Assembly: GCF_058153355.1 (NCBI RefSeq)
Contig: NZ_CM177019.1
Length of the DNA: 64,000 nt
Reading direction: 5' to 3' (one strand)
Shown here: positions 33,093 to 42,744 of the stretch, piece after piece
How positions within the stretch are numbered: the first letter of the stretch is position 1
How the letters are laid out: each line of letters opens with the position of its first letter
The notes under the pieces: generated by a model
Databases searched by the model: none
What the model saw: the letters and a program-made list of their open reading frames with translations, nothing else
What the model was told of the DNA's origin: nothing
Translations under genes and position numbers: made by a program

Positions 33093-33838
33093 AGATGCTG
33101 CTGGAAAAATGTCACGGCAGCATCTAATGCCTCAGGCGTAATGCGGTGACGCACGCCTGGCTGCCATGAACAGGTTAGCAGTTTATCCCGTCCCGTCTCG
33201 CTTAAGGCCTGCTGCAAACGTAGTGATTCGTCGGCAGGCACGACGTCATCGTCAAGACCATGCCACAGCAGTAGAGGTCTGTCACCAAGTTGTTCCAGAT
33301 GGTTTGTCGCTTCCCACTCTGCCAGCGGCGCGACAATGTTATTGAATTCATTCTGCTGTGCTGCCGTTTCAGGTATCAGCGGTGGAAACAGTGAACGGGC
33401 GAGCGATGTAAAATAGCCCGATCCCATCATGCTGGCGGTACATTTCACCGTGGGGTGGCGAGCGGTAATTCCCAGTGCCGTCATCGCGCCCATCGACGCG
33501 CCACCGACTGCCAGACGGTCAGCAAGCAGCCAGTTTTCTTCGGCTATTGCCGCACGTAAGGTAGTGAATTCCTGCATACTTTGTAGCAAAATTTGCCAAA
33601 ATTGATTTAACCGCCGCGCTGCGTCGCCCCTAAAACGGCTACCGTGATCGGGCGCATCCGGCATGATCACCCGCAAACCAGCCTGCGCCAGCGCAACGGC
33701 AAAATAGCTATACACCAGACTGGACGAAGTAAAGCCGTGATAAAAAATCACGCACGGTAACGGGGTATCTTTTTGCCCGACAGGATAAGCATGAAGAACG
33801 GGAATATCTGCCAGCACGCGCGAGTCTATTTCAATCAT
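33089..33838 (-). CDS. yjfP: alpha/beta-hydrolase esterase
   Basis: 249 aa; GGASMG nucleophile elbow; overlaps ulaR stop by 4 nt. Confidence 0.88.
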
Positions 33839-34019
33839 CTGTCTCTCCTTTTTGTCCGGTATGACATGAAGAAATCCTTAGCACAAGTTTCTGCTGGCGG
33901 TATTAGTTCATAATGTTGAGATGTGGGTTACGCTTTCATCACGTTTTCATTCGAAAATCGCGTACCAGGTAACAATTCGGGAACATTCCCCCAAAGTTAA
34001 ATTAATAAGGCACTACACT

Positions 34020-34349
34020 ATGGTTAGCAGGAAACGTAATAGCGTTATTTACCGGTTTGCCAGTTTATTATTGGTGTTGATGTTAAGTGCCTGTAGCGCA
34101 CTGCAAGGTACGCCACAGCCAGCACCGCCAGTAACGGACCATCCGCAAGAGATTCGCCGCGACCAGACGCAAGGGTTACAGCGAATAGGTAGCGTAAGCA
34201 CGATGGTTCGGGGTTCTCCGGATGACGCATTAGCAGAAATCAGAGCGAAAGCTGTCGCTGCAAAAGCTGATTATTACGTTGTCGTCATGGTGGACGAAAC
34301 CATCGTGACAGGACAGTGGTATTCACAAGCTATTTTATACCGTAAATAA
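34020..34349 (+). CDS. bsmA: biofilm/peroxide-resistance lipoprotein BsmA
   Basis: Start trimmed to MVSRKRNSVIYRFASLLLVLMLSAC (109 aa); lipobox LSAC. Confidence 0.85.
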   Translation: MVSRKRNSVIYRFASLLLVLMLSACSALQGTPQPAPPVTDHPQEIRRDQTQGLQRIGSVSTMVRGSPDDALAEIRAKAVAAKADYYVVVMVDETIVTGQWYSQAILYRK

Positions 34350-34497
34350 ATCAGACAACTTATACAGCCAGCTTTACATTGCTTTGCGTCCCTATGCGTT
34401 TACCTGTGCACAATAAATTACCAGCTGGAAGCTCGGGCGTTTATTACCGCGATGGAATGCCCTGCAACATGTGGGGAAACGAAAAATGGAGCTGACG

Positions 34498-34773
34498 ATG
34501 AAACAATTACTTGCCTCACCCTCGCTGCAATTAGTGACTTATCCTGCGAGCACCACGGCACAGTCTGCAGAATTCGCCAGTGCTGACTGCGTGACGGGCC
34601 TGAATGAAATAGGTCAGATCTCGGTTAGCAATATTTCAGGGGATCCGCAGGACGTGGAACGTATCGTGGCGTTAAAGGCCGATGAACAAGGTGCATCATG
34701 GTACCGCATTATTACCATGTACGAAGACCAGCAGCCTGATAACTGGCGTGTACAGGCGATACTGTATGCGTGA
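34498..34773 (+). CDS. yjfN: YdgH/BhsA/McbA-like small periplasmic protein YjfN
   Basis: Start trimmed to MKQLLASPSLQ (91 aa). Confidence 0.8.
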   Translation: MKQLLASPSLQLVTYPASTTAQSAEFASADCVTGLNEIGQISVSNISGDPQDVERIVALKADEQGASWYRIITMYEDQQPDNWRVQAILYA

Positions 34774-34798
34774 GTGTCATCCGCAGCAAATGAACAAT

Positions 34799-34830
34799 GC
34801 CGGATGCGGCACCTGTGCCTTATCCGGCCA
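34799..34830. repeat. REP element
   Basis: gccggatgcggcacctgtgccttatccggcc. Confidence 0.7.
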
Positions 34831-34922
34831 ACAGTTCTTGAAATTTCATTGTGTTAGTTGATAACACGTAATACTGCTGTTGCCATTATAATACGCGCTA
34901 GCATCACATCTGGCTGACTCGT

Positions 34923-36548
34923 TTATAAACATACTCCCCCCGTCGCCCGCAGCAATAAATCATTCTGGATCTGCTCTGACAACCGCACGCCGCCGCGCGT
35001 ATCAAACATCATCTGACACCACGCCTGCGCCATTGGCGGAGAGGCATATTTCAACATTTGCGCGCCGCAACCCAGCAGGAATAGCTGACGAGTAATCTCT
35101 CGCCCCATTTCTTCAGCTGGCTTACGCAGTTGCTGCTGCAAACGACGAACCGCGCGATCAAAATAGCGATCCTGCCCTTTCACTTCCATAAACGCTTCCG
35201 ACAGTAAGTCGTATACACCCGCCTGCTTATTAAGAACGCGCAATACATCCAGGCACATAATATTGCCAGAACCTTCCCAGATGCTGTTCACCGGCATTTC
35301 CCTGTAAAGCCGCGGCAGCTCGCTCTCCTCGCAATAACCAATACCGCCCAGCACCTCCATCGCTTCGGCCACAAACGGCATACCACGTTTGCAGATCACA
35401 AATTTCGCCGCAGGCGTAAATAAACGCGCCCACAGGGCTTCTTTGGCATCGGCACGCCGGTCCCACGCTCGCGCAAGACGAAACAGCAACGCCGTTTGAC
35501 CTTCAAGCTGAAGTGCCATGCGACTTAAGACATGACGCATAAGGGGTTGTTGGATCAATGGATTACCAAAAACATGGCGTTGATGGGCATGATAAATCGC
35601 CAGCGAAAATGCACGGCGCATCATGGCATGGCTACCCAGGGCGCAATCAAAACGCGTCATCCCACCCATTTTCAGGATCAGACGAACTCCTTCCCCTTCC
35701 TGCCCCAACAACCAGCCAATGGCATCCTGAAACTCCACTTCGCAGCTGGCGTTAGAGCGATTACCCAGCTTATCTTTCAGCCGCTCGAGGCGAATCGCGT
35801 TGCGTTGCCCGTCAGGCAAAAAGCGCGGCACAAAAAAGCAGGACAAACCGCCCGTAGTCTGCGCCAGCACCAGATGCGCATCGCTTTGCGGCACCGAGAA
35901 AAACCATTTATGCCCCACCAGCCGATAAGAGCCATCTTCCAGTCGCTCTGCGCGGGTGGTGTTGCTCATGACATCGGAACCGCCCTGCTTTTCCGTCATT
36001 CCCATGCCAATCAACAAACCGCGTTTTTGCCCACCTGGCAATAAGTGAGAATCGTAGCGATCGCTCAACAGCGGCGTGGTCCAGTCCTGAAACGGAGCGG
36101 GTAACATCTGTAATAACAATGGCGTGGCGGCAAAGGTCATCGTTATCGGGCATAACGACCCAGCCTCAACCTGTGCGTGCAACATAAAACGCGCCGCGCG
36201 CGCCACAAATGCGCCGGAGCGAGCGTCTTCTTCCCAGGCCAGATTGTGTACCCGATTGGTACATAACGCCTGCATCAGCAGGTGCCAGGCGGGGTGAAAA
36301 CGCACATCGTCCAGACGGCGTCCTTGCGCATCGTAGCGCAATAATTCGGGCGGATTCACATTCGCCAGTCGCCCCAGTTCAAGGGATTCAGCCGTTCCTA
36401 ACTGCTGACCAATACTGGCGAGAAAATCGCTATCCCAGCCAGCACCTTCACGCGTTACCGCTTCGCAGAGCGCGCCATCAGACAGGTATAAGTTGCTGTT
36501 ATTTAATGGTATAGGTTGATTAAAAACGGTGTGAGTTTGCCAGTGCAC
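34923..36548 (-). CDS. aidB: adaptive-response acyl-CoA dehydrogenase-like protein AidB
   Basis: 541 aa from GTG start (VHWQTHTVFNQP); ACAD fold. Confidence 0.9.
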   Translation of the reverse strand: MHWQTHTVFNQPIPLNNSNLYLSDGALCEAVTREGAGWDSDFLASIGQQLGTAESLELGRLANVNPPELLRYDAQGRRLDDVRFHPAWHLLMQALCTNRVHNLAWEEDARSGAFVARAARFMLHAQVEAGSLCPITMTFAATPLLLQMLPAPFQDWTTPLLSDRYDSHLLPGGQKRGLLIGMGMTEKQGGSDVMSNTTRAERLEDGSYRLVGHKWFFSVPQSDAHLVLAQTTGGLSCFFVPRFLPDGQRNAIRLERLKDKLGNRSNASCEVEFQDAIGWLLGQEGEGVRLILKMGGMTRFDCALGSHAMMRRAFSLAIYHAHQRHVFGNPLIQQPLMRHVLSRMALQLEGQTALLFRLARAWDRRADAKEALWARLFTPAAKFVICKRGMPFVAEAMEVLGGIGYCEESELPRLYREMPVNSIWEGSGNIMCLDVLRVLNKQAGVYDLLSEAFMEVKGQDRYFDRAVRRLQQQLRKPAEEMGREITRQLFLLGCGAQMLKYASPPMAQAWCQMMFDTRGGVRLSEQIQNDLLLRATGGVCL

Positions 36549-36631
36549 TGTGTCTCCCTCCATCAATGGCAGTCACCATTAGTATGGTCACTGCCACGGA
36601 TTCCTGACAGAAAGAGATTGCTAAAACATTC

Positions 36632-37795
36632 TTAGCCAGCAATATAATGCGGAACGAAACGTGAGGTGTCTTTGGTGATCAGCGTGTTATCTTCACGGAT
36701 CCCCATTCCGCACGCTTCATCATCAACAATCCAGCTACCAATGAGTGTGTAGCTATCGCCAAATCGTGGCAGAGGTTGAAATGCCTGGTAGATCATCGGT
36801 TCATCGGCATAATCACCCTCAGCGTGGTCAACGACGTTATTCTGACCATCGAAAATGGTGACGTTACCGCCCTCGCGTGAGTAGATCGGTTTACGCACAT
36901 AGCTTTCGCCAGCGGCAATCTGCGGTTTTTCGCCATCAAACCAGGATGCAAGTAGGTTAGGATGACCAGGAAAGAAGCGCCAAAGCAGCGGCATTAACCC
37001 TTTGTTGCTCAAAATACTTTTCCATAACGGCTCCACCCATTGCTCGCGGCGCTTGCGCAGCAGCGGACCGTTATCGTCACGCATCATCCATTCCAGCGGA
37101 TACAGCTTAAATGCACGCTGGATGACATTATCATCAAGATCGGTCAGTACACCGCCGACGCCCAAACCGAGATCTTCAATGTAGATAAACCGTGACTCCT
37201 GCCCAGCCTGCTGAGCGCAGTCCTGCAAGTACAGCACAGTACTCCTGTCTTCGTCGGTATCCTGACAACAGCAGAAATAAAACGGTTCCCGACTGTAAAG
37301 CTCGCTAAAACGCGAAATCAGGCGTTCCTGAATGGCATTGTACTGATCGGCATCACGCGGAATACTGCCGCTACGCCGCGCATCTTCCAGCCACAGCCAC
37401 TGGAAATAAGCCGACTCATACAATGAGGTCGGCGTATCGGCGTTGTACTCCAGCAGCTTCACCGGCGCATTACCACACCAGGCAAAATCCATCCGACCAT
37501 ACAGCGAAGGATCGCGTGCGCGCCAGCTTTCAGCGATCACATCCCAGTACAGCGGTGGGATCGCCAGTTGCGTCAGGATCTCTTCGTCTTGAACCGCACG
37601 ATCCACCACCTCAAGGCACATCTGATGCAATTCCGCAGTTGGTTTTTCGATCTGCTCTTCAATCTGGCGCAGGGTAAAGCGGTAAGCCCGACTCTCATCC
37701 CAATAGATTTCATTGTCGATGATATGAAAGTCGAAACCGTTGTCAGCGGCGATCTGGTCCAGATCCCGCCGTACAGGAACGTTGTGTCTCAGCAT
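36632..37795 (-). CDS. yjfC: glutathionylspermidine synthase-like ATP-grasp protein
   Basis: 387 aa. Confidence 0.88.
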   Translation of the reverse strand: MLRHNVPVRRDLDQIAADNGFDFHIIDNEIYWDESRAYRFTLRQIEEQIEKPTAELHQMCLEVVDRAVQDEEILTQLAIPPLYWDVIAESWRARDPSLYGRMDFAWCGNAPVKLLEYNADTPTSLYESAYFQWLWLEDARRSGSIPRDADQYNAIQERLISRFSELYSREPFYFCCCQDTDEDRSTVLYLQDCAQQAGQESRFIYIEDLGLGVGGVLTDLDDNVIQRAFKLYPLEWMMRDDNGPLLRKRREQWVEPLWKSILSNKGLMPLLWRFFPGHPNLLASWFDGEKPQIAAGESYVRKPIYSREGGNVTIFDGQNNVVDHAEGDYADEPMIYQAFQPLPRFGDSYTLIGSWIVDDEACGMGIREDNTLITKDTSRFVPHYIAG

Positions 37796-37797
37796 GA

Positions 37798-38436
37798 TTA
37801 GCCTCCCCAGTGCCCACGGGCGCTGGAAGAACGACCATAGCCGCCGCGAGAAACAGTTGACGCTTTTCTGGTGGTAAAGCCGCCCGAGGAGTAAGACTCT
37901 TTTTTGCCAGAACCGGAGCGCCAGGAGTAATCACCGGAAGTATTGCGCCAGACGGGGCGGGAAGCAAATGAGGATCCACCGCTGTTATAAACGAACGGCT
38001 CATCGCGATCTTTACGGATAACCCGGCTTAATAAAAATCCAGAAATGACCGGGATCCAACTCTGTTCAACATTGTCGTAGTAGCAATTTTCGTACTTAGA
38101 CTGACAATTCTGCTGAGTCATATTCTTCGGAACATCGGCATAAAATGCCGCTTTGGCATTGTTCCAGCCATGAGCACAGATATCTGAATTATTACCGTCA
38201 TCAATACAATCCTGCACTGTCGAGTAAAACGTTCCGTCACCGTCGTTATCGACATCACCACTATCGCCACAACCTTTCAATACAAAAAAAGCTGCACCGC
38301 CCATTAGCGCCAACGTTAAGTATTTTTGTGCGTAGCGATTGCGTCGCGGCTCAAAAGGATTATTAGGTCTTCCAATGCGACTGATCGCTCCGTGACCAAT
38401 TTTACTGTTATTTCTTGATTTGCGTTTTCTGGCCAT
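37798..38436 (-). CDS. yjfM: uncharacterized protein YjfM
   Basis: 212 aa; one TM near N-terminus, Gly/Ser-rich C-terminus. Confidence 0.85.
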   Translation of the reverse strand: MARKRKSRNNSKIGHGAISRIGRPNNPFEPRRNRYAQKYLTLALMGGAAFFVLKGCGDSGDVDNDGDGTFYSTVQDCIDDGNNSDICAHGWNNAKAAFYADVPKNMTQQNCQSKYENCYYDNVEQSWIPVISGFLLSRVIRKDRDEPFVYNSGGSSFASRPVWRNTSGDYSWRSGSGKKESYSSGGFTTRKASTVSRGGYGRSSSARGHWGG

Positions 38437-38445
38437 GATCGTCCA

Positions 38446-38844
38446 TTACCATGTCATACAAGCTGCGTTAAAAATACCGCCAGCCAGCGCGGCGGTTCCC
38501 ATAAACATTCCTGCTGCGGTATTGTGATTAATAATTTTTTCGCTTAATGCTGGCATATAAAGTCTGACGCCAGCAAAAACGAGTAACTGAATCACCAGTG
38601 CGATCCCGCCCCAGGCAAAATAATCCGGAATACTCACCGCATTGATTGCCGCACTAGATAATGGGATCACGTAACCCAACAATGTACCACTGAACGCCAG
38701 TGCCGCCGCGGTATTATTGTTTTTAATTAACTGCCATTCGTTGTGCGGTGTAATTTTGGAGTAGATAAACAGAAAAATAATCACCATAGCCACGCCAATA
38801 AAAAAATAGGCGCTAAAGGCAAGAAGTGAATCCAGTATATGCAT
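38446..38844 (-). CDS. yjfL: small membrane protein YjfL
   Basis: 132 aa, 4 TM. Confidence 0.85.
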   Translation of the reverse strand: MHILDSLLAFSAYFFIGVAMVIIFLFIYSKITPHNEWQLIKNNNTAAALAFSGTLLGYVIPLSSAAINAVSIPDYFAWGGIALVIQLLVFAGVRLYMPALSEKIINHNTAAGMFMGTAALAGGIFNAACMTW

Positions 38845-38861
38845 CGTAAACGTCCTTGTAA

Positions 38862-39521
38862 TTAACCAATAATATGAAGTGATGTCAGTGGGATATCAAC
38901 ACCCAGTGCGCGCGAAAATAACCACTCCGGCTCGCCGAGATCGTTAAAAGATTCCTCACCATTTAACAGCAAATATTCACAGGTATCTTCGGTCACCTGC
39001 CGTTCATAGCCCATGGTAAAATTATGCACTTCCCATTTGGCGTGGTTTTGATTTTCAACTTTTTCCAGCATATAGACGGGTTCGATATTCCCCGGTTCTT
39101 CGCTGTTAAAAAATCGCTGCCAGCGTTTTTCCTGCCAGTTTAAAGTCATTGCCCCCATCGCTTTGGCGTTGATCGCTTCGCGCCAGTGGCTCTCTTTGCT
39201 GATACCGTAGCTCTCTTCATAGACAAAGAGTTTTATATCATCAATGTCATCAATATCTTCGCCGCCGGTGGTATTGATTTGCAGAAATTCATCGCCCGAA
39301 GTGTAGTAGCGGAAAATCTGACTACCGCCGCCCAGATCGATGTGGCTGACAGCGGCTACCGTAAATTCTTCACCCGGCAGCGCAATCAGCAATTCATCTT
39401 CCAGCAAACAAAACGCTAACGTGTCGAGCGTAAAGCCGCTATTGAGATGAAGTCCCAGCGGGCCACGTGCGATTACAGGTTTATCATCCTTACCAAACAG
39501 ATGCTTGAAAAAACTTGTCAT
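38862..39521 (-). CDS. yjfK: uncharacterized protein YjfK
   Basis: 219 aa; start ATG overlaps upstream channel-gene stop (ATGA). Confidence 0.85.
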   Translation of the reverse strand: MTSFFKHLFGKDDKPVIARGPLGLHLNSGFTLDTLAFCLLEDELLIALPGEEFTVAAVSHIDLGGGSQIFRYYTSGDEFLQINTTGGEDIDDIDDIKLFVYEESYGISKESHWREAINAKAMGAMTLNWQEKRWQRFFNSEEPGNIEPVYMLEKVENQNHAKWEVHNFTMGYERQVTEDTCEYLLLNGEESFNDLGEPEWLFSRALGVDIPLTSLHIIG

Positions 39522-40588
39522 ATGCTTCCCTCAATGTCCTGCCATGCCACTTCTTCAGCCAAAATACGGTTATTGCCAATAAGATGCAGCCACATACCGC
39601 CTTTAACTTCCGTTGCAATGACTGGATTCAGTTCCATTCCCCTACCATTTTTACAGCTGCTTATTCCCAGGACGGTGGCATCATGATGAAGTTTCATATA
39701 ATGCATCAATGCGCCATAACGCATTGAGGTAACCCGTTCAGGAATCGGTAAAACAAACCCCGTATCCCCCAGCATTGGATTCATAATCGATGCCACTGAT
39801 TGAGATGAACCGGGATCTTGTATTGAACGGGAAAGTTGTTCTGCTGAAATATTTCGCACTATTTCAATACGTTGACAATGAACCTCTAATAAACGAGCGT
39901 AGCGTTCATCTTCCAGATAAGCGACGATATGGCATCTTTCAGGAATAAAATCCGCCAGGGATAGTGCGGTCGTGAACGTCTGCTCATCAGTTTGCGAAAA
40001 GATGATGACACTTTGGCAATTTGCCAGTCCCATGCGGGTATGTTCATGCGGATCATTAAAATTACTAATACGAATGAAATCGACCCAATTATTTCCAGGC
40101 ATCGGATGTTGAATATCATCCCGCTCACACAAAAGTACCCGGCCAAATGCTCTTCGGGCATCAAACAACAATAATGAAATCATCTTTTCAGTCTGATGCC
40201 CGCGCCATCCAATGACCAGCATATGGTTGCGCAAATTGCTGTAGTCGCCCATTCCCGTCATTCCTTTCGCCAATATGTCTTGCACTAATGCAATGACTTT
40301 TCCCATTAAAGCGCCAAATAAACCAACACTCACAGGAATTTGCCAGAGCGCTGTGAACAGACGTCCCCCCACCGTTTGGGGTGTGATATCACCAAACCCC
40401 AGCGTTGATCCCACAACCGAGCAGTAATAAATAAAATTACTCAGTTGACCTACCAACGCCTCTTCATGCAACGCAGTTAACACCAGATAACAAAACAGAT
40501 ACTGTCCTGTAAATAATCCAGTCAATGCCGGCCAGGTAAGCCTGGAAAGGTGACGTCGGCAGGTTTTAATGATCCAGGAGAAGAACAT
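39518..40588 (-). CDS. 2-TM P-loop potassium-channel-like protein with C-terminal RCK-like domain
   Basis: 356 aa; TM1 (LTGLFTGQYLFCYLVLTAL), pore helix plus filter-like TLGFGD, TM2 (LFTALWQIPVSVGLFGALMG), then Rossmann-like HMLVIGWRGH...; start overlaps yjfJ stop (TAATG), stop overlaps yjfK start (ATGA). Confidence 0.75.
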   Translation of the reverse strand: MFFSWIIKTCRRHLSRLTWPALTGLFTGQYLFCYLVLTALHEEALVGQLSNFIYYCSVVGSTLGFGDITPQTVGGRLFTALWQIPVSVGLFGALMGKVIALVQDILAKGMTGMGDYSNLRNHMLVIGWRGHQTEKMISLLLFDARRAFGRVLLCERDDIQHPMPGNNWVDFIRISNFNDPHEHTRMGLANCQSVIIFSQTDEQTFTTALSLADFIPERCHIVAYLEDERYARLLEVHCQRIEIVRNISAEQLSRSIQDPGSSQSVASIMNPMLGDTGFVLPIPERVTSMRYGALMHYMKLHHDATVLGISSCKNGRGMELNPVIATEVKGGMWLHLIGNNRILAEEVAWQDIEGSI

Positions 40589-41286
40589 TACTCGCCCTGT
40601 TGGCGTTGCAGTCTTGCTAATACATCCTGGGCGCTACTTTTGTTGCTACCGCCAATTCCGGCTTCCGCCAGTTTTTCATCAAGATCGCGACCATCTGCCA
40701 CTTTTTCCAGCTGTGCGGCAGCATCCAGGCGAGCTTGACGTTCGGCCTGACGCGTTTGCAGACGCTTTAAGGATTCTGCCGCTGTCGAAACGCTGGAAGA
40801 TGCGCCAACAGTAGAGGTCGTTACGGCCTGTTGTGCACGCTGCATGGCTTCAGTAGCTTTAACGACTTCCATTTGTTGCTCAAATTGAGCGATACTCTGT
40901 GCTGTCGCTGTAACCGCTTTTTCCACACCATCGCGAGAGACTTCCAGATTCGACAACACTTGCTCTTCAGCGGTAATGACATTCTCAAGACGGGCGATTT
41001 CTTCAGCAACTTCGTTAATCAACGACGGATTAACATTCTTGCTTAACGCTTCCAGCGCGCGAGCTTCCAGACTGGCTTTACGCTCACGTAAATCTTTCAG
41101 TTTATCGTTGCTCAATTTCACTCTTGCCAGTAGATCGACACGTGATTTACCGGCCTTATCCAGTTCTGCTTTGGCATCGCGTATATGCTGTTCAAGCATT
41201 CTAACGCCCTGTGCTTCTTCAATGGATTCTTCCGCTTGCGAGATCACCGATTTACCCAGCGTAAATAAAGTTTTTAAAATTCCCAT
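40588..41286 (-). CDS. yjfJ: PspA/IM30-family protein
   Basis: 232 aa, coiled-coil. Confidence 0.88.
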   Translation of the reverse strand: MGILKTLFTLGKSVISQAEESIEEAQGVRMLEQHIRDAKAELDKAGKSRVDLLARVKLSNDKLKDLRERKASLEARALEALSKNVNPSLINEVAEEIARLENVITAEEQVLSNLEVSRDGVEKAVTATAQSIAQFEQQMEVVKATEAMQRAQQAVTTSTVGASSSVSTAAESLKRLQTRQAERQARLDAAAQLEKVADGRDLDEKLAEAGIGGSNKSSAQDVLARLQRQQGE

Positions 41287-41304
41287 AAATACCTGTCCTT
41301 GTAA

Positions 41305-41706
41305 TTAGTGTGAATATTCTTCTGTAATTTCAGCAAGATCCAAAGCGTTATCTACCAGCGTGGTTATTTCCAGCAGGATATCTTCAAGAGAAGATTTAAG
41401 CGATAACGCCCCGAAAACAATGTAATACTCTTCATGTTGCACGCTGGAGATCCCTACCGATGACAACGGCATCATCTTCTGATTTCTTAATAAGAAGGTA
41501 TTAAATTCATCTGGATTGCTGATACTACTTACCGGACAAATAAAGGTTTCGATAATCATTTGGCGGGAAGTAAATAGAATATTGATTTGCAAATCGCCAT
41601 AATCATTCATTTTAATAATTAATGCGTTCTCGCCATTTGTTACATCAATATTTTGTTCAGGTACAGTTTGCAGCGCCGTCGCCAGCGCCAACGGATTCCA
41701 TGTCAT
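41305..41706 (-). CDS. yjfI: uncharacterized protein YjfI
   Basis: 133 aa, first gene of the operon. Confidence 0.85.
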   Translation of the reverse strand: MTWNPLALATALQTVPEQNIDVTNGENALIIKMNDYGDLQINILFTSRQMIIETFICPVSSISNPDEFNTFLLRNQKMMPLSSVGISSVQHEEYYIVFGALSLKSSLEDILLEITTLVDNALDLAEITEEYSH

Positions 41707-41832
41707 ATATTATTCCATATAAATTAAGTTTAAATATTAATAAAATGAATATTTGTAGTACGTAATTATCTTACCAGCTATAGACAAAAAAAAACCATCC
41801 AAATCTGGATGGCTTTTCATAATTCCGAGAAA

Positions 41833-42564
41833 TTAGCTACGCTGGCGTACCGCTTCAAATAAGCAAATGCCTGTCGCCACAGAAACGTTCAGCGAAGAAA
41901 CACTTCCTGCCATTGGGATGCTGATCAACTCATCGCAATGTTCACGGGTCAGGCGACGCATGCCTTCACCTTCTGCGCCCATAACCAATGCCAGCCGTCC
42001 GGTCATTTTGCTCTGATAGAGCGTATGATCCGCCTCTCCTGCCGTACCGACGATCCAAATATTCTCTTCCTGCAACATACGCATGGTGCGCGCCAGGTTA
42101 GTCACCCGAATCAGCGGAACGCTTTCTGCCGCGCCGCAGGCCACTTTTTTCGCCGTGGCGTTGAGCTGTGCGGAGCGATCTTTCGGCACAATCACCGCAT
42201 GAACGCCAGCGGCGTCCGCGCTGCGCAGGCACGCGCCGAGGTTGTGCGGATCGGTTACACCGTCGAGGATCAGCAGGAACGGCTGATCGAGCGAAGCGAG
42301 CAGATCCGGCAGATCATTTTCCTGATACTGACGTCCAGGCTTCACACGGGCGATAATGCCCTGATGCACGGCACCGTCGCTTTTCTCGTCGAGATATTGG
42401 CGGTTTGCCAGCTGGATAACCACGCCCTGGGACTCAAGGGCGTGAATCAGCGGCAACAGACGTTTATCTTCACGGCCTTTTAAAATAAAGACTTCCTGAA
42501 AACGTTCAGGGGCGCGCTCCAGCAGGGCCTGCACTGCGTGGATGCCGTAAATCATTTCGCTCAT
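41833..42564 (-). CDS. rlmB: 23S rRNA (guanosine-2'-O)-methyltransferase
   Basis: 243 aa SpoU/TrmH fold. Confidence 0.93.
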   Translation of the reverse strand: MSEMIYGIHAVQALLERAPERFQEVFILKGREDKRLLPLIHALESQGVVIQLANRQYLDEKSDGAVHQGIIARVKPGRQYQENDLPDLLASLDQPFLLILDGVTDPHNLGACLRSADAAGVHAVIVPKDRSAQLNATAKKVACGAAESVPLIRVTNLARTMRMLQEENIWIVGTAGEADHTLYQSKMTGRLALVMGAEGEGMRRLTREHCDELISIPMAGSVSSLNVSVATGICLFEAVRQRS

Positions 42565-42588
42565 TAATGTACTCGTTGTTTACGTTTT

Positions 42589-42687
42589 GCCTGATGCGCT
42601 ACGCTTATCAGGCCTACATGATCCCTGCAATGTATTGAATTTGCGTGATTATGTAGGCCGGATAAGGCGTTCACGCCGCATCCGGCA
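42589..42687. repeat. BIME (two inverted REP elements)
   Basis: gcctgatgcgctacgcttatcaggcctac ... gtaggccggataaggcgttcacgccgcatccggca. Confidence 0.75.
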
Positions 42688-42744
42688 TGAACAAAGCGCA
42701 TTTTGTCAGCAATCTGACCCTCTTCTGTTTGAAGAGGGTAATGA

